A DNA stretch of 64,000 nt from the NCBI GenBank assembly GCA_965218695.1, contig OZ244651.1:672001-736000 (forward strand). Reading direction: 5' to 3'. A model generated the notes under the pieces. The model did not search any database. It saw nothing but the letters and a program-made list of their open reading frames with translations, and was not told the DNA's origin. Position 1 is the stretch's first letter. Each line of letters begins with the position of its first letter. Both the position numbers and the translations under genes were made by a program. Positions 20,087 through 30,760 of this stretch are shown piece after piece. The DNA is from Nitrosopumilus sp. Lineage in GTDB: Archaea > Thermoproteota > Nitrososphaeria > Nitrososphaerales > Nitrosopumilaceae.

Positions 20087-20746
20087 TCAATACCGGACTT
20101 CGCTCCTCTGGAGAAGATCGCCGGTCATGTCCAGGTATCCCTGCGGATCCACCTCCCTTGCAAACCCCCTGTCTATATTGATAAGATATACCGAATGCAG
20201 GCGGGCATGAAGGATGTCGTCGTATCCGATGCGCGGGTTCCTGTAATAGCGGTCGCACAGGTCTCTGACTGCCTGCACGTCGCTGCCGCTTCTTGCATTG
20301 GGTGGCAGCAGAAAGATGGCCGGAATTGGCAGGATGCCCATGACCGGGGTTGCCAGGGAGAACTTTGAGCAGTGTCTGCTGTACCTGGCAATCTTGCTCA
20401 TGATTCTGGCCGCATAGTAGTCGACGGTGTCCAGTGCATGATCCGGGGGAGTGAAGCCGGTCTCTATCTCCACAATGGTGCTGCCGTCGCCCTTTTGGGC
20501 GTAAATGTCGCACACCAGAATCTCAGAGACGCGCTTTTCGACGTCGACTGTATAGCCCCTCGATATGAGGCCGGCAGCGCAGATGATCTCTAGCACGGAG
20601 TGGTTTATCTTGACGAGGTTCTTTTGATACATGTCAACCAGCTGGTGTCTGACATGGCCAAGTTTGGGGATGTCTGAACCGTCGAGGTTTCCGGAGAGCC
20701 TGTCAGTTATCTCGTCGACGTCGTTGCGAAATTTTTCTAGATCCAC
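20087..20746 (-). CDS. Hypothetical protein, possible PD-(D/E)xK fold
   Basis: VDVEK...LVCDIYA...IVEIETG pattern. Confidence 0.7.
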   Translation of the reverse strand: MDLEKFRNDVDEITDRLSGNLDGSDIPKLGHVRHQLVDMYQKNLVKINHSVLEIICAAGLISRGYTVDVEKRVSEILVCDIYAQKGDGSTIVEIETGFTPPDHALDTVDYYAARIMSKIARYSRHCSKFSLATPVMGILPIPAIFLLPPNARSGSDVQAVRDLCDRYYRNPRIGYDDILHARLHSVYLINIDRGFAREVDPQGYLDMTGDLLQRSEVRY

Positions 20747-20903
20747 TGATCATGCTTGAGCATACTTGCTGATTTAGTTTTTTACGGGACGTGGCTGCCG
20801 GGCATGACCCGGCAAACCGGTCGGCGGTCTTTCAGGGTTGCAGTGGTTCCCGTTTACCGGCCCCCGTCGTCCAAACAATTTTTAGCCCAGGCCTGCACAC
20901 GGC

Positions 20904-21233
20904 ATGTGGTTGAAGGTATATCACAAGTCCTCGTGCATCACGTGCAAAAGGGCCATAGCAGGCATCGAGCAGTCAGGCGCATCCATTGAAAAGAGGGACT
21001 TTTTCAAGCAGCCGTTTTCAGAGGCGGAGATAACAGAGATAGTGCAGATGAGCGGCAAGAGGCCGTCGGAGCTTTTGAGAAAGAGGGACAGGATGTACAA
21101 GGAGCTCAAACTGGACGGCGCCGAAAACACGGACTCGCAGATAATCAGGCTGATGGCAAAACATCCGGGGCTGATCATGCGTCCGATAATCGTTACAAAG
21201 GGCAAGGCAAGCGTAGGAAAGACTGGCTTGTGA
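20904..21233 (+). CDS. ArsC/Spx family protein
   Basis: YHKSSCITCKRA...RDFFKQP...HPGLIMRPII. Confidence 0.88.
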   Translation: MWLKVYHKSSCITCKRAIAGIEQSGASIEKRDFFKQPFSEAEITEIVQMSGKRPSELLRKRDRMYKELKLDGAENTDSQIIRLMAKHPGLIMRPIIVTKGKASVGKTGL

Positions 21234-21293
21234 AAGGCCGTTACCGGCATGCGCAGAATGTCCGGATTCTGCCTGCTCAAATGATACGAGGCA

Positions 21294-21584
21294 TCACCGT
21301 CTGGGGCCGACTTTCTTCATGGTGTCTGTCCACTGCGCGTCCTGTGCCATTGCATTCTCGTACAGTAGATCAAAGGTCCACGCCAGGATCTCGCCCCAGA
21401 TCATCTTGAGGGACTCCTCATCGGTCCACAGTACGCTGGTCCGGACTGCATTCATTGCAAGTATGCCGTTTGCGTGCTTTGAGGGGTTCTCGTTCCACTT
21501 CTTCAGCACACGATCACAAAACCCGACGATCTCGGGCTTTGTCAGTACAAGGCCGTCGGGGTCAAACTGTGGCTTCTCGGTCAC
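21294..21584 (-). CDS. Hypothetical protein
   Basis: Protein-like ORF (FDPDGLVLTKPEI...WTDEESLKMIW). GTG start assumed. Confidence 0.6.
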   Translation of the reverse strand: MTEKPQFDPDGLVLTKPEIVGFCDRVLKKWNENPSKHANGILAMNAVRTSVLWTDEESLKMIWGEILAWTFDLLYENAMAQDAQWTDTMKKVGPRR

Positions 21585-21830
21585 GACATGCCCAGAACCT
21601 GCCAGAATTATAACATTTCTGATGGGGTAGCGGCTTTGCAGGGTTTGTGCAGGCATCACACGGGAGCCAGGCAGGCAGGCGGCTTCAGGCACGCGAACTT
21701 CGGACTGCCCAAACAATTACGAAGAGTTTCAAACTACGGTACATGTATGCAGTGCTTTGTTTTTGGATCGTGTGCAGATTGTGATAGTGAAGACGGTCTG
21801 GTTTAAATATTACAATAACGTATGCATAAT

Positions 21831-21971
21831 ATGACGAAACGAGTCACATTCATGATTAATGATGAGTTGGATCGTAAGATACGCCAGTTTCAGGCCAAGA
21901 CCATGCTTGGCAGCAACAAGGCATACAGTTACTCGGATGCCGTCAACGATTTACTAACAAGAAGCATCTGA
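21831..21971 (+). CDS. Small ribbon-helix-helix-like protein (46 aa; not in the ORF track)
   Basis: MTKRVTFMINDELDRKIRQFQAKTMLGSNKAYSYSDAVNDLLTRSI*, preceded by a TTTAAATA box. Confidence 0.75.
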   Translation: MTKRVTFMINDELDRKIRQFQAKTMLGSNKAYSYSDAVNDLLTRSI

Positions 21972-22277
21972 CGGATGCGACTGCACACAGGACACGGCTG
22001 CGTAGGGGCAGCCAAGGCCACTCCCGTTAGTCTTTTTTATCTTATTAATGGAAAATCATACCGCTGTTGTCCCACGACAACGCATCACAAACCGGACGCC
22101 TGCTGCAGCCGGCAGTACAGCGGCAATGCCGGAGCCCCGTAAATAATCAGATGGTACGCGAAGGTGCTGCCGTACAAGAGTGCGTGCGCGGCTTGCCATC
22201 CCAGGCCATGGCCGGACGGCCGCAGGACGCATCGATCCGGCCGATGCAGTCGGCACGGATGGACCTGCCACCGAACC

Positions 22278-23633
22278 AACTTTGTTTCCTAATTACTCTC
22301 GACACAGATACCAGTCTGTGCAATTCTGTCTATGTCATCGTCTTGTCCCCTCATCCCTTGCAGTTTTTGGACCGGGCTTGTAGACTTGCACGATCCTTGG
22401 CGTGCCGTACCCGCCGTCGATCGCAGTATCGATCATCTGGTTGTACAGCTGCACTTTTCCGTATATCTCGGCCTTGACGTTCTCCCACTTGCGCGCGCTT
22501 ATGCACTCGCCCAACACCCGCTTGAACGTGGAAAATACAATCTCGACTGACCACCGGTCGTTGTACCCGGACTCCCTGCGCCACGCCTTCTGGAATTCCC
22601 TCTTTTGTTCGCGCGTGAGGCCTGCAAACTTGAGTCCTGCCGTCTTGTCCATGCAGTCCATGCCACCCAGCTGCCTGAATCCTGCCTCCTTGCGGGGCAT
22701 GCACCCGTCTGCCTTTCCGGCAAAGTCGATGCGGACGGGAATCAGCGGCTCGATTCCCTGTTCGTCGCAGTACCTGCGGATCTTCTTGGTGTCGTACGCG
22801 CCGTCGGCTGCCGTCTTGGTGCTTGCAGAAGTCTCTACGTTTGGGGATTTTTTTGCATTTGCAAGGGCCTGCCCCACCAGTTCCTCAAACTGCGGAGAGT
22901 CCCCGCACTTGTCGTCGGTTATGGCCACGGCGTAGATCTTTTTGGTTTTGGCATCCACCCCGACGTGCAGCTTTATGAAGCCCCGCCTGGTCCCCCACTT
23001 TTTTGTCATCCAGTCGCCGCGGTTTGTGGGCTTGAGTCCAGTGGAGTCGAAGGCAAACAGCTTGATCTCTGCTCTGGTGTTGCCGTCTGAGAACCACGCA
23101 GAAGCCGTGCCGCTGCCATCATCATTATCTGCAACAGTGCAGCCCAACCTGGTCATCCTCTTCTGGAACACCGAATACGTGGGCGCGTCTTCCCTGCCGA
23201 CTATCGTCTCTGCCACGCCCTGGAGCTGCCTGTACCTTATGCCGGTGGCGTTTCTGAACAGGGATGCTGCTGCAAAGCACGCGTTTGAAAATACGTACGG
23301 GCGGCCGACCTTCCCGCAGTTTAGCTTCTCGACTCCCTGAGTCAGGATCTCCGGGCTTATCTGGAGCGTCCACAGCTGGCCGCGGTCTATGTACCTGCGG
23401 TCATCGTATTGGAACCGGCGTTCTTTGGATTTGAAAGATTTTTTAGCCTCATGCGTGCCCGTTTTGTCTGGAGAGGATGTGTTTTCAGTCATGGCTGTAA
23501 CCTGACTGTCTGCACACCTCTCTGATCAATGCAGTTTTCTATTGAAAATGTTTGATATTATGTTCAAATTCAGCTGATCTGGCCTAATTCTGGACATGTT
23601 GGGCGTGGTTGGGAATAATTAGGAAACAAAGTT
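22278..23633 (-). mobile_element. IS5 family (IS903-like group) element
   Basis: 18-bp TIR aactttgtttcctaatta and 8-bp TSD accgaacc (22270-22277 and 23634-23641). Confidence 0.92.
22335..23492 (-). CDS. IS5 family transposase
   Basis: DRGQL, GRPYVFS, DSTGLK...G.W...KW, KLHVGVD, ADGAYDT and Y..RW.VE..FS..K. Confidence 0.93.
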   Translation of the reverse strand: MTENTSSPDKTGTHEAKKSFKSKERRFQYDDRRYIDRGQLWTLQISPEILTQGVEKLNCGKVGRPYVFSNACFAAASLFRNATGIRYRQLQGVAETIVGREDAPTYSVFQKRMTRLGCTVADNDDGSGTASAWFSDGNTRAEIKLFAFDSTGLKPTNRGDWMTKKWGTRRGFIKLHVGVDAKTKKIYAVAITDDKCGDSPQFEELVGQALANAKKSPNVETSASTKTAADGAYDTKKIRRYCDEQGIEPLIPVRIDFAGKADGCMPRKEAGFRQLGGMDCMDKTAGLKFAGLTREQKREFQKAWRRESGYNDRWSVEIVFSTFKRVLGECISARKWENVKAEIYGKVQLYNQMIDTAIDGGYGTPRIVQVYKPGPKTARDEGTRR

Positions 23634-23662
23634 ACCGAACCGGCCAACATAATGATTATAAC

Positions 23663-24736
23663 GTGATCCGTCCAATCACAGACACGTCCCTCAAGAGATA
23701 TGTGGCAACCAGGGTGGCTACGATGTTTGGAGTGTTGATGATTACCCTGCTAATCACAATCGCCCTCGTAGGCTCCAACATGGATGTCATCTTGAAGCAC
23801 GGCATAGCGTTTCAGGTCAGGTCGGAGATGACGGAGAACCCGAGGATGATCGAGGGCTTTGCGTCCATCGAGGAGTTTGAAAAGGTGGTCCAGGATACCA
23901 TAGACCAGAGGATCAAGAACCTCGGGCTCGACGAGCCGTGGTACTCGCCGCAGAGGATAGGGCTTACTATGTACAAGATACTGATTCTGGACTTTGGGTA
24001 CGCCACGTTTCTTACCAGCGATGCGGGCTCGTCGGATGTAAGGGACATCATATTTGAAAAGATGCCAAGGACCATCCTCCTCTTCACCACTGCGACCATA
24101 GTGATATCGCTGCTGGGAATATTCCTGGGCGCGCTGGCAGGAAGCAGGGTGGGATCCCCAGTAGACAGGATCACGTCAAGCTTTGCAGTGATAAGCTCCA
24201 GCTTTCCGGTATGGTGGATAGGGATGCTGATGATATTCCTGTTCTCGTTCATATACCACATATTTCCGGCAAGAGCCACGCCGGACATCCCGTCCTCGGA
24301 CCCGGCATACCTGGGATCCCTCCTGTACCACATGACGCTTCCGCTGATCACCATAGTGCTGATTGGCTTTGGGTCGTGGGCGTACATAGTGAGAAACTTC
24401 ATGGTGGGAATCATGCAGGAGGACTTTGTCATGGCAAAGAAGGCCATAGGGATCAAGAGGAGGAAGATAGTCTACTCGCACGCGCTAAAGAACGCGGCTC
24501 CCCCCATCATCACCATACTGGCACTCAGCCTTTCAGGCTCCCTCGGGGGGGCGATAATTACAGAGGCGGTGTTTGACTGGCCCGGAATGGGCAGGCTGTA
24601 CTTTGAGGCCATCACCGTGATGGACCTGCCGGTGATAGTGGGGGCCACGTACATCCTTACTGCCTTCTTTTTGGTCAGCGTCTTTTTTGCGGACCTGCTC
24701 ATAGGCTACTTTGATCCGAGGGTGAGGATAGGCTAG
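23663..24736 (+). CDS. dppB: Peptide/nickel ABC transporter permease (DppB/OppB-like); start uncertain because the ORF-track start lies inside the IS
   Basis: LGLDEP, ILDFG, SFPVWW, EAA-like loop FVMAKKAIGI...HALKNA, ITEAVFDWPGMG and DPRVR. Confidence 0.88.
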   Translation: MIRPITDTSLKRYVATRVATMFGVLMITLLITIALVGSNMDVILKHGIAFQVRSEMTENPRMIEGFASIEEFEKVVQDTIDQRIKNLGLDEPWYSPQRIGLTMYKILILDFGYATFLTSDAGSSDVRDIIFEKMPRTILLFTTATIVISLLGIFLGALAGSRVGSPVDRITSSFAVISSSFPVWWIGMLMIFLFSFIYHIFPARATPDIPSSDPAYLGSLLYHMTLPLITIVLIGFGSWAYIVRNFMVGIMQEDFVMAKKAIGIKRRKIVYSHALKNAAPPIITILALSLSGSLGGAIITEAVFDWPGMGRLYFEAITVMDLPVIVGATYILTAFFLVSVFFADLLIGYFDPRVRIG

Positions 24737-26106
24737 TGAGCGCCACCACATTCCAGGAGATACGGCGGGAGTTCTTTAGGAGCAAGATGGGCATTGCCGG
24801 CGTGTGCATCCTTGCAATCCTTGCCTCCACGTCCGTGATTGCGCTGGTTGCAATCCCGCTTGACACCCTCCAGCAGTGGAACAACCCGGAGAAATGGATA
24901 GAGTATCCAAGGGCCGCGGTTCCGTCATGGGTAAACCTGTTTACAGCAGAGAAGATTCCGGAACACCAGATCCTGGAGTCGCCTGCCGTCCAGCAGAGCG
25001 CCGACGGGGGAATCTCGATAACATCGCACAGGTTCCAGGTGCAGTTTGACTATGACGATTTTCCTGACGACTTTATCTACGAGTTCACGTCCGAGTATGT
25101 CGGGTCCCCCCTGATGCAGGTCTCGGTGCTCAGGCCCGACGGGATCGAGCTGGAACTGATCTCAAGGTCGCTTCCGCAGTCGGATGACATGACGTCGCAC
25201 AGCGGAAGGATATTCTCGACTGACAGCCTGATAAGGCAGAACCTCAACCTGCACACGGAGCCGTTCGGGTTTGACATCAGAAATGCCCCGGTCAGCGACA
25301 CGATCTTTTCACAGGCGCAGGCAAACATCCCCCTGAAGGGAGACTATGTCTTTTCAATGAACTTTTACGGGGTGGGCGCAGGCGCAGTGGAGGTATCAGA
25401 GTCCAAACTGATCATAGGGGGAAAGGCCTTCGGCGTCATGGGAACAGACGAGCTCAGGCGCGACCTGGCAGTGGGGCTGCTCTGGGGAACGCCGCTTGCC
25501 CTGTTTATAGGGCTTGTCGTGTCCATCGCGTCGGTGGTGATGGGGCTGCTCTACGGGGTCTATGCGGGGTTTCGGGGCAAAAAGACCGACGAGTCCATGA
25601 TGAGGGTGAACGACGTGGTGTACGCCCTGCCTGCCCTGCCGTTCCTGGTGATACTCTCGGTGACAGTCAGCAACAGCATATTTGTGATGGTCGGATTCCT
25701 GATGATATTCGGGTGGGTGGGCATTGCAAAGGTCTCAAGGAGCATGTCGCTGCAGATCAAGACCAGGGGGTACGTGGATGCAGCAGAGATCATGGGACAG
25801 AAGAGATCCAGCATAATGTTCAAGCACATCCTGCCCCAGCTGCTCCCCTATGCCTTTGCAAGCATCGCCATCTCGGTTCCTGCGGCCATCACTACCGAGG
25901 CAGGGCTCAGCTTTCTCGGACTGGGGGATCCGTCGTTTCCAACATGGGGCCAGATACTGCACGATGCAAACACGTTTGGGGCATCTCCCAGGGGGCTGTG
26001 GTGGTGGATAATGCCGCCGGGAATCATGATTGCGATTACGGGCCTGGCGTTTGTGTTCATAGGAAACGCCCTGGACACGATAGCAAACCCGAGGCTCAGA
26101 AGGTGA
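24736..26106 (+). CDS. dppC: Peptide ABC transporter permease (DppC/OppC-like)
   Basis: MGTDELRRD, YVDAAEIMG...KHILPQ, EAGLSFLGLGDP..PTWG and WWWIMPPG. Confidence 0.9.
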   Translation: MSATTFQEIRREFFRSKMGIAGVCILAILASTSVIALVAIPLDTLQQWNNPEKWIEYPRAAVPSWVNLFTAEKIPEHQILESPAVQQSADGGISITSHRFQVQFDYDDFPDDFIYEFTSEYVGSPLMQVSVLRPDGIELELISRSLPQSDDMTSHSGRIFSTDSLIRQNLNLHTEPFGFDIRNAPVSDTIFSQAQANIPLKGDYVFSMNFYGVGAGAVEVSESKLIIGGKAFGVMGTDELRRDLAVGLLWGTPLALFIGLVVSIASVVMGLLYGVYAGFRGKKTDESMMRVNDVVYALPALPFLVILSVTVSNSIFVMVGFLMIFGWVGIAKVSRSMSLQIKTRGYVDAAEIMGQKRSSIMFKHILPQLLPYAFASIAISVPAAITTEAGLSFLGLGDPSFPTWGQILHDANTFGASPRGLWWWIMPPGIMIAITGLAFVFIGNALDTIANPRLRR

Positions 26107-26115
26107 CGATGATGA

Positions 26116-26424
26116 TCAGGAGTACCCGCGGATGAGATCCAGCGCGGAGTTGCTCAGCCTGATGGTGTAGTTTAGGGAGCAGGGATCGTCTTTTGCCTGC
26201 GCAAGCAGATCTGCAAACTGCGTCTTTGCCTCGTCTGTGGCGCCTGCCTCGTGCGCGCACAGGTTGAACGCCTTGAGGTGGAGGTTGTTTTTGAGCAGAT
26301 ACGCGATGAACTTTCTGTAGTCGTCCGGGTTGGTCCAGTCGGCGTCCCTTTCACGGCACGCGGCGATCCAGACGTCCACGGAGTTGTGGAATGCCACCCT
26401 CTTGCGTAGATCATCTAGGGACAT
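26116..26424 (-). CDS. Hypothetical protein
   Basis: 102-aa ORF directly downstream of the 26431-26754 gene. Confidence 0.65.
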   Translation of the reverse strand: MSLDDLRKRVAFHNSVDVWIAACRERDADWTNPDDYRKFIAYLLKNNLHLKAFNLCAHEAGATDEAKTQFADLLAQAKDDPCSLNYTIRLSNSALDLIRGYS

Positions 26425-26430
26425 CTCGTC

Positions 26431-26754
26431 TCAGAAATCTGCGCGCTGCATCTTTGAGCCGCAGCGCGGACAGGAGCCGCCCTTGTGCTTGTTGTTGCAC
26501 ACAAGACAGACGTACTTTACGCTGCCGGAGCCTTCCTGGGAGCCCATTCCGAAGAACCCGCCACCCCGCGTGCCCGAGTCTCCGCCGTAACCGCGCATGC
26601 GGCTCATGTATCTCCTTCTGAGGAAGAGCGGGAACAGTATGAAGATTCCAAGGGCCGCAGCCAACCCGTACGGGAAGGGAAGAACCATCTGGAGACCTAT
26701 GCTGATTGCCAAGGAGGCAAGCAGAAAGATCAGATAAACCTTGTAGTTAAACAA
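26431..26754 (-). CDS. Membrane protein with a Gly-rich linker and C-terminal Zn ribbon
   Basis: TTG start (MFNYKVYLIFLL...), two TMs, YVCLVCNNKHKGGSCPRCGSK. A TTTATAT box lies about 25 nt upstream. Confidence 0.75.
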   Translation of the reverse strand: MFNYKVYLIFLLASLAISIGLQMVLPFPYGLAAALGIFILFPLFLRRRYMSRMRGYGGDSGTRGGGFFGMGSQEGSGSVKYVCLVCNNKHKGGSCPRCGSKMQRADF

Positions 26755-27164
26755 TCTGTTGAATGTACGCCTAAAATGGATATAAAGTTTGTTCCCATGC
26801 ATTTTTTTTGCTTTTATAGATTTTATGGCGCATGCGCGCGTGTGGGGTCTGCAGAAAGGCTGTGCCCGAGGACTTGGAAGGGGTGCAGGCACGGTTTGCG
26901 GGGATGATTGCCGATCCGGTGGCAATGGTGGGGGGGGGGGTGTGGGGTGTCGGCAGACTTGAACTGGAAACCGTGCAGGCAGCACGGACAGGCCGCAGCG
27001 ATTCTGCACCATTCGGCTTGCGGCGATTGCGCCTGACTGTACGACCCACGTTCCCGGCAACATCATGTTGGCCATGATCCCTCCGGCTCGGTGTTGGAAG
27101 GAGGACACGCCAGATCCTGGAAACACTTATGGTAGTCCGTTTGGCACACTGGCCGTAGGATACC

Positions 27165-27659
27165 ATGGAAAGACTGTCAAAATTTGCAATTTATCTGGGA
27201 ATCGGGATTGGCGTGACCGTCTTTGTGTTGTTTTTGATCGCGGCGGTGCCAAGCATACTTGAAAACTCTGTCAGGGATTGGGAACGCCTTGACAGGGGCA
27301 CCCACTCTGAAGAAGAACTGCGTGCAAAGTTTGCAGAACATCCGTCATACGAGGCAATGTATGAGAGGTTTCCGGACGCAAAGGAAGATTTCACGCATTA
27401 CGGAAGAGGCGACGGGAGCATGAGGGTGGGCGTGATAAATTTTGAGAACAACAACCAACTGATACTAGAGTTGGACTATCACGACCATGGGGACAAGGTC
27501 CGTGCACGCGCATACTGCGAAACGGAGTCAGACCGCGACGGACTGTATGCAGACAGCTTGTTTGCAGAGGACTTTATACGAAATACCGACTGCCTGGAAT
27601 TGACAGATGGCGACAGCAAGCCAGTCGAGTCCCAGGGCGCGGCGTTGTCCACCTTTTGA
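27165..27659 (+). CDS. Membrane-anchored hypothetical protein whose last codons are replaced by IS sequence
   Basis: N-terminal TM. The IS begins at 27641; removing it restores the C-terminus ...ESQGAVAMPPRAGHAAN*. Confidence 0.75.
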   Translation: MERLSKFAIYLGIGIGVTVFVLFLIAAVPSILENSVRDWERLDRGTHSEEELRAKFAEHPSYEAMYERFPDAKEDFTHYGRGDGSMRVGVINFENNNQLILELDYHDHGDKVRARAYCETESDRDGLYADSLFAEDFIRNTDCLELTDGDSKPVESQGAALSTF

Positions 27660-28875
27660 TAATCCTGCTCTATTTCACACTATTTTTGGTTCATTTTGGC
27701 ATCCCAAACCTGGACTCTGAAGGGGTTTCTGGTGTCGGCAGGCTTGCGGTTGGTCGTTTTTGAGCCGTTTTCATCTAGTGGTGCATGGCATCCGCTGGAA
27801 CCGGAAACCGGCATTCTGCCCCTACCGGGACCCCTATGCTATCAGGTTGTAGCAGATGCTTCGCAGGATTATCTGGAGTCTCTGCATGGGAAACGTCTTT
27901 GCGGCCACGACGGAACCGAACCTCTCCTTCATGGATGAGAACACGGACTCGACAAGACTGCGCTGGTGGTACACCTTCTCGAACCCTTCCCGATCCCGCC
28001 TGAACCAGCGGAGCATCTCTGCCCTGGGATTGAAGCCCTTTGCGGTGTGGTTCTTGCGGGGCCAGATCACCGGTTTTCTGCCGCTGTCGTAGATCATCTT
28101 GCAGTTTGCGTGCGCGTCATACGCCGAATCCAGCATGACGTGCCCGTCGCCGTCTGGCGTGCGGGCAAACATCTTCCGGAATATCGGCGAGTCGTGGGCA
28201 AGTCCGGGCGTCACCATGCATGCGGCGATCCTTCCGTGCGGGGCTACCAGTATGTGCAGCTTGACGAACTGACGCCTGGGTATGATGCCCTTCTTGGCAT
28301 CCTCCCAGTCGGCGTAGATGTTGATGGAAAATCCGCTTGCGTCCCCAAGGAGCGGACCGTGAGCGTCACTCCCTGCCTGTCCCAGGATCACTTCCATCAG
28401 AATCTTCTGCTTTTCTGCCAGCCTCTTGGCTGCCGCATGCAGGCACGATTTGGACGGAACGGCTTTTAAGCCGCAGACGTGCAGTGAACCTGGGTTTGCC
28501 TCGAGGTACGAGACGTGTTCCCGGTACGAGTTGCCGCGAAACTCCTTGTCCATGAGGCAGATCAAGTAGGAGATCATGCGCCGGTCCTTGTCGGACTTGG
28601 GCTTGCAGATCTCGTACAGGATGGTGGTAAGGGCGAGGATTCCGATTGACACTCGTTTCTCCTCCCCACTCCTTCGCATCTCGTATTTTTTGCTGTAGCC
28701 TTTCGGGCGCACCCATTTCTTCTTGTCTTCCTTGTCTCTGTTCTTTGCTTTCCTCTTTTTTCTATTGGAATTCATTAATTGTGGGCAGGATCGGTGATCC
28801 AAAACTTTTCGGATGTCTGACGCTAATGATCTTTAAGCGTAACGCTGCTTTTTTGAGGAAGATGTGGACAACGCC
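27641..28875 (-). mobile_element. IS5-like (DDE_Tnp_1-type) element
   Basis: 12-bp TIR ggcgttgtccac and 10-bp TSD cccagggcgc (27631-27640 and 28876-28885). Confidence 0.9.
27834..28802 (-). CDS. IS5-like DDE transposase
   Basis: DASGF, KLHI, HDSP, LDSAYD and YHQRSLVESVFSSMK. Confidence 0.9.
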   Translation of the reverse strand: MDHRSCPQLMNSNRKKRKAKNRDKEDKKKWVRPKGYSKKYEMRRSGEEKRVSIGILALTTILYEICKPKSDKDRRMISYLICLMDKEFRGNSYREHVSYLEANPGSLHVCGLKAVPSKSCLHAAAKRLAEKQKILMEVILGQAGSDAHGPLLGDASGFSINIYADWEDAKKGIIPRRQFVKLHILVAPHGRIAACMVTPGLAHDSPIFRKMFARTPDGDGHVMLDSAYDAHANCKMIYDSGRKPVIWPRKNHTAKGFNPRAEMLRWFRRDREGFEKVYHQRSLVESVFSSMKERFGSVVAAKTFPMQRLQIILRSICYNLIA

Positions 28876-29252
28876 CCCAGGGCGCCGTTGCGATGCCGCC
28901 ACGTGCGGGGCATGCGGCGAACTGACTAAGATTTTGGCAATCGCCTGTAACTGTTAAGGAGTTCATGCCGATGCCGGATCCCGGCAGCCGCATCCTGCCA
29001 GGTCGTGGCAGGACTACACAACCAGACGGCGTACCGAAGGGTCATCGCCAAGTTGGGAGCCGGTCCAATCGTGAACGTTTGGGCGTGAACGCGCGCAAGG
29101 GAAGCGGTAATTTGCCCCTTATACCATTATTCGGCCCTTGCTGGCACGATGAATGGCGCATGTGCACGTGTAACTATGATGGCATATCGCGCTGCATTGG
29201 CCCAGCCCCGCACCAGAGACGCCAGGCATCCGGAGGCTGCGCCATAATGCTG

Positions 29253-30424
29253 AGACATAATCCGTAATTAGAAATTGTACATATTTTCCTATACTGTGTA
29301 GGTTTTTTGACTCCTATCAGGTTGCTTCCCGGACTAGGAGAACCCTGAGGTTGGCAAATCCGCAGACGATGTCATTGACGGTGTCGTATTTTTTCAGGCG
29401 GTTTCGGTAGACACCGCTCATTATGCGAAACCGTTTGACCCTGCGGATGGCATGCTTCACATACACCCGTGCCTTTGAGTGCTTTTTGTTGAATTCCTTC
29501 TGCTCGGGGGACAATTCTGCGCCTTTTTGCTTCTTGTACGGCACTACTGCATCCCGGTCAGGAAATTCTTTGTTGATCCCCTGGTATCCGTTGTCCAGGA
29601 TCTCTCTGACTTTGATCCTTTCCTTGTCCTTGCTCCCGTCCTTGCGTGGAAGGTTGTCAGGGAATGTCGGGTGTTTCTTCTTGAATACTGCAAAGTCGTG
29701 GATCCTGCCCGGGGAATGCCGGGTCTTGTGAAGGATGAGGCCGTCCGTGGCCGACGTGTACTGGACCTTGGACGTGTGCCTGTGTGCCTTGCCCGAGTAG
29801 TGGGACCGTTCCATGTCCTTGCGTCCGGGACGCTGTATCTGCTGCTCGGAGGCATCAATCAGGGCAGTCAGGCCAGGAATGATCTCCTCAAGATCGTCAA
29901 GCGTCTTGGTGGCCTTGATGTTGGCGTAGATCTTTGACGGAAGCGGAACGCACTGCCGGATCGACGGCTCCAGTGCCCCCATGCTGCGGGACACACTGGC
30001 CTGACCCACATGGAACGTCAGGGCAAGAAGATCCTGCGTAGCGTATGTCCTGTAATAAAACAGGACCAGAAGAAACCTGTTTTTCAGATCCAGTTTCCAC
30101 CTGCGTCCGGCACCAATGCCGCGCACCCTGCTTCTTTTGGCGAGTCGCTTTTGCTCTGCCTTGGGGTATTTTTTTGCCAGCCGCCCTGCCACCAAATTAA
30201 ATTCGGAGACTGTCAGTCCAGTGCACCGGATGAACAGTTTGGGCTTTTTTGCTAATTTGTCGTATAATGACATGCTTTGACATTGGCAATCAGAATAAAA
30301 CACGGCTGACGTATAGTTTTGATCATCGGGCAAGTTCGAATTGACATGCAATTCCATGCAGTCAGCCAGATTTGTCCTGCAATGCGTCCAATCTCGTGAT
30401 TATGCCCAATTACGGATGATGTCT
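29253..30424 (-). mobile_element. IS5 family ISL2-like element (type a)
   Basis: TIR agacat(a/c)atccgtaatt and 3-bp TSD ctg (29250-29252 and 30425-30427). Confidence 0.85.
29317..30273 (-). CDS. ISL2-like (DDE_Tnp_4) transposase, probably inactive
   Basis: TGL...F, IDASEQ.I.RP, YSGK, G..HD and DNGYQG. It reads RVYVKHAI where the family has R..VEH.I. Confidence 0.88.
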   Translation of the reverse strand: MSLYDKLAKKPKLFIRCTGLTVSEFNLVAGRLAKKYPKAEQKRLAKRSRVRGIGAGRRWKLDLKNRFLLVLFYYRTYATQDLLALTFHVGQASVSRSMGALEPSIRQCVPLPSKIYANIKATKTLDDLEEIIPGLTALIDASEQQIQRPGRKDMERSHYSGKAHRHTSKVQYTSATDGLILHKTRHSPGRIHDFAVFKKKHPTFPDNLPRKDGSKDKERIKVREILDNGYQGINKEFPDRDAVVPYKKQKGAELSPEQKEFNKKHSKARVYVKHAIRRVKRFRIMSGVYRNRLKKYDTVNDIVCGFANLRVLLVREAT

Positions 30425-30760
30425 CTGGTCTCTGGAATAGCCATCATCATCCTGGTGGTGGCAGGCGTGGCAGTCATGTTTGTAATCATGCAGGAGAATG
30501 CAGACGTTGCAGACAATGTAGTTGATGTTGCAAATCACAACAACGAGCGCATCAAGGAAGACGTAGACATCGTGTGGAACGGCCAAGACTTGAAGATGCA
30601 CAACGCCGGCCCGGAGATAGACATACTGGAATACAGGGTGTTGGACGATGACGGCGCCATACTCCGCATCTGTCCAGTCGAGCAGGAAGTCGGCTCGTCA
30701 AAGAAGGAAGTCGTGGACACCACGCCATTCGATGAATGCTGGAGGGAATTCTTGACATGA
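30416..30760 (+). CDS. Pilin/archaellin-like small protein; the native ATG at 29247 is separated by the IS
   Basis: Hydrophobic N-terminal helix LVSGIAIIILVVAGVAVMFVI, then ERIKEDVDI and MHNAGPEIDI (pilin-like N-x-G strand). ATGA overlap with the next gene. Confidence 0.6.
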   Translation: MMSLVSGIAIIILVVAGVAVMFVIMQENADVADNVVDVANHNNERIKEDVDIVWNGQDLKMHNAGPEIDILEYRVLDDDGAILRICPVEQEVGSSKKEVVDTTPFDECWREFLT

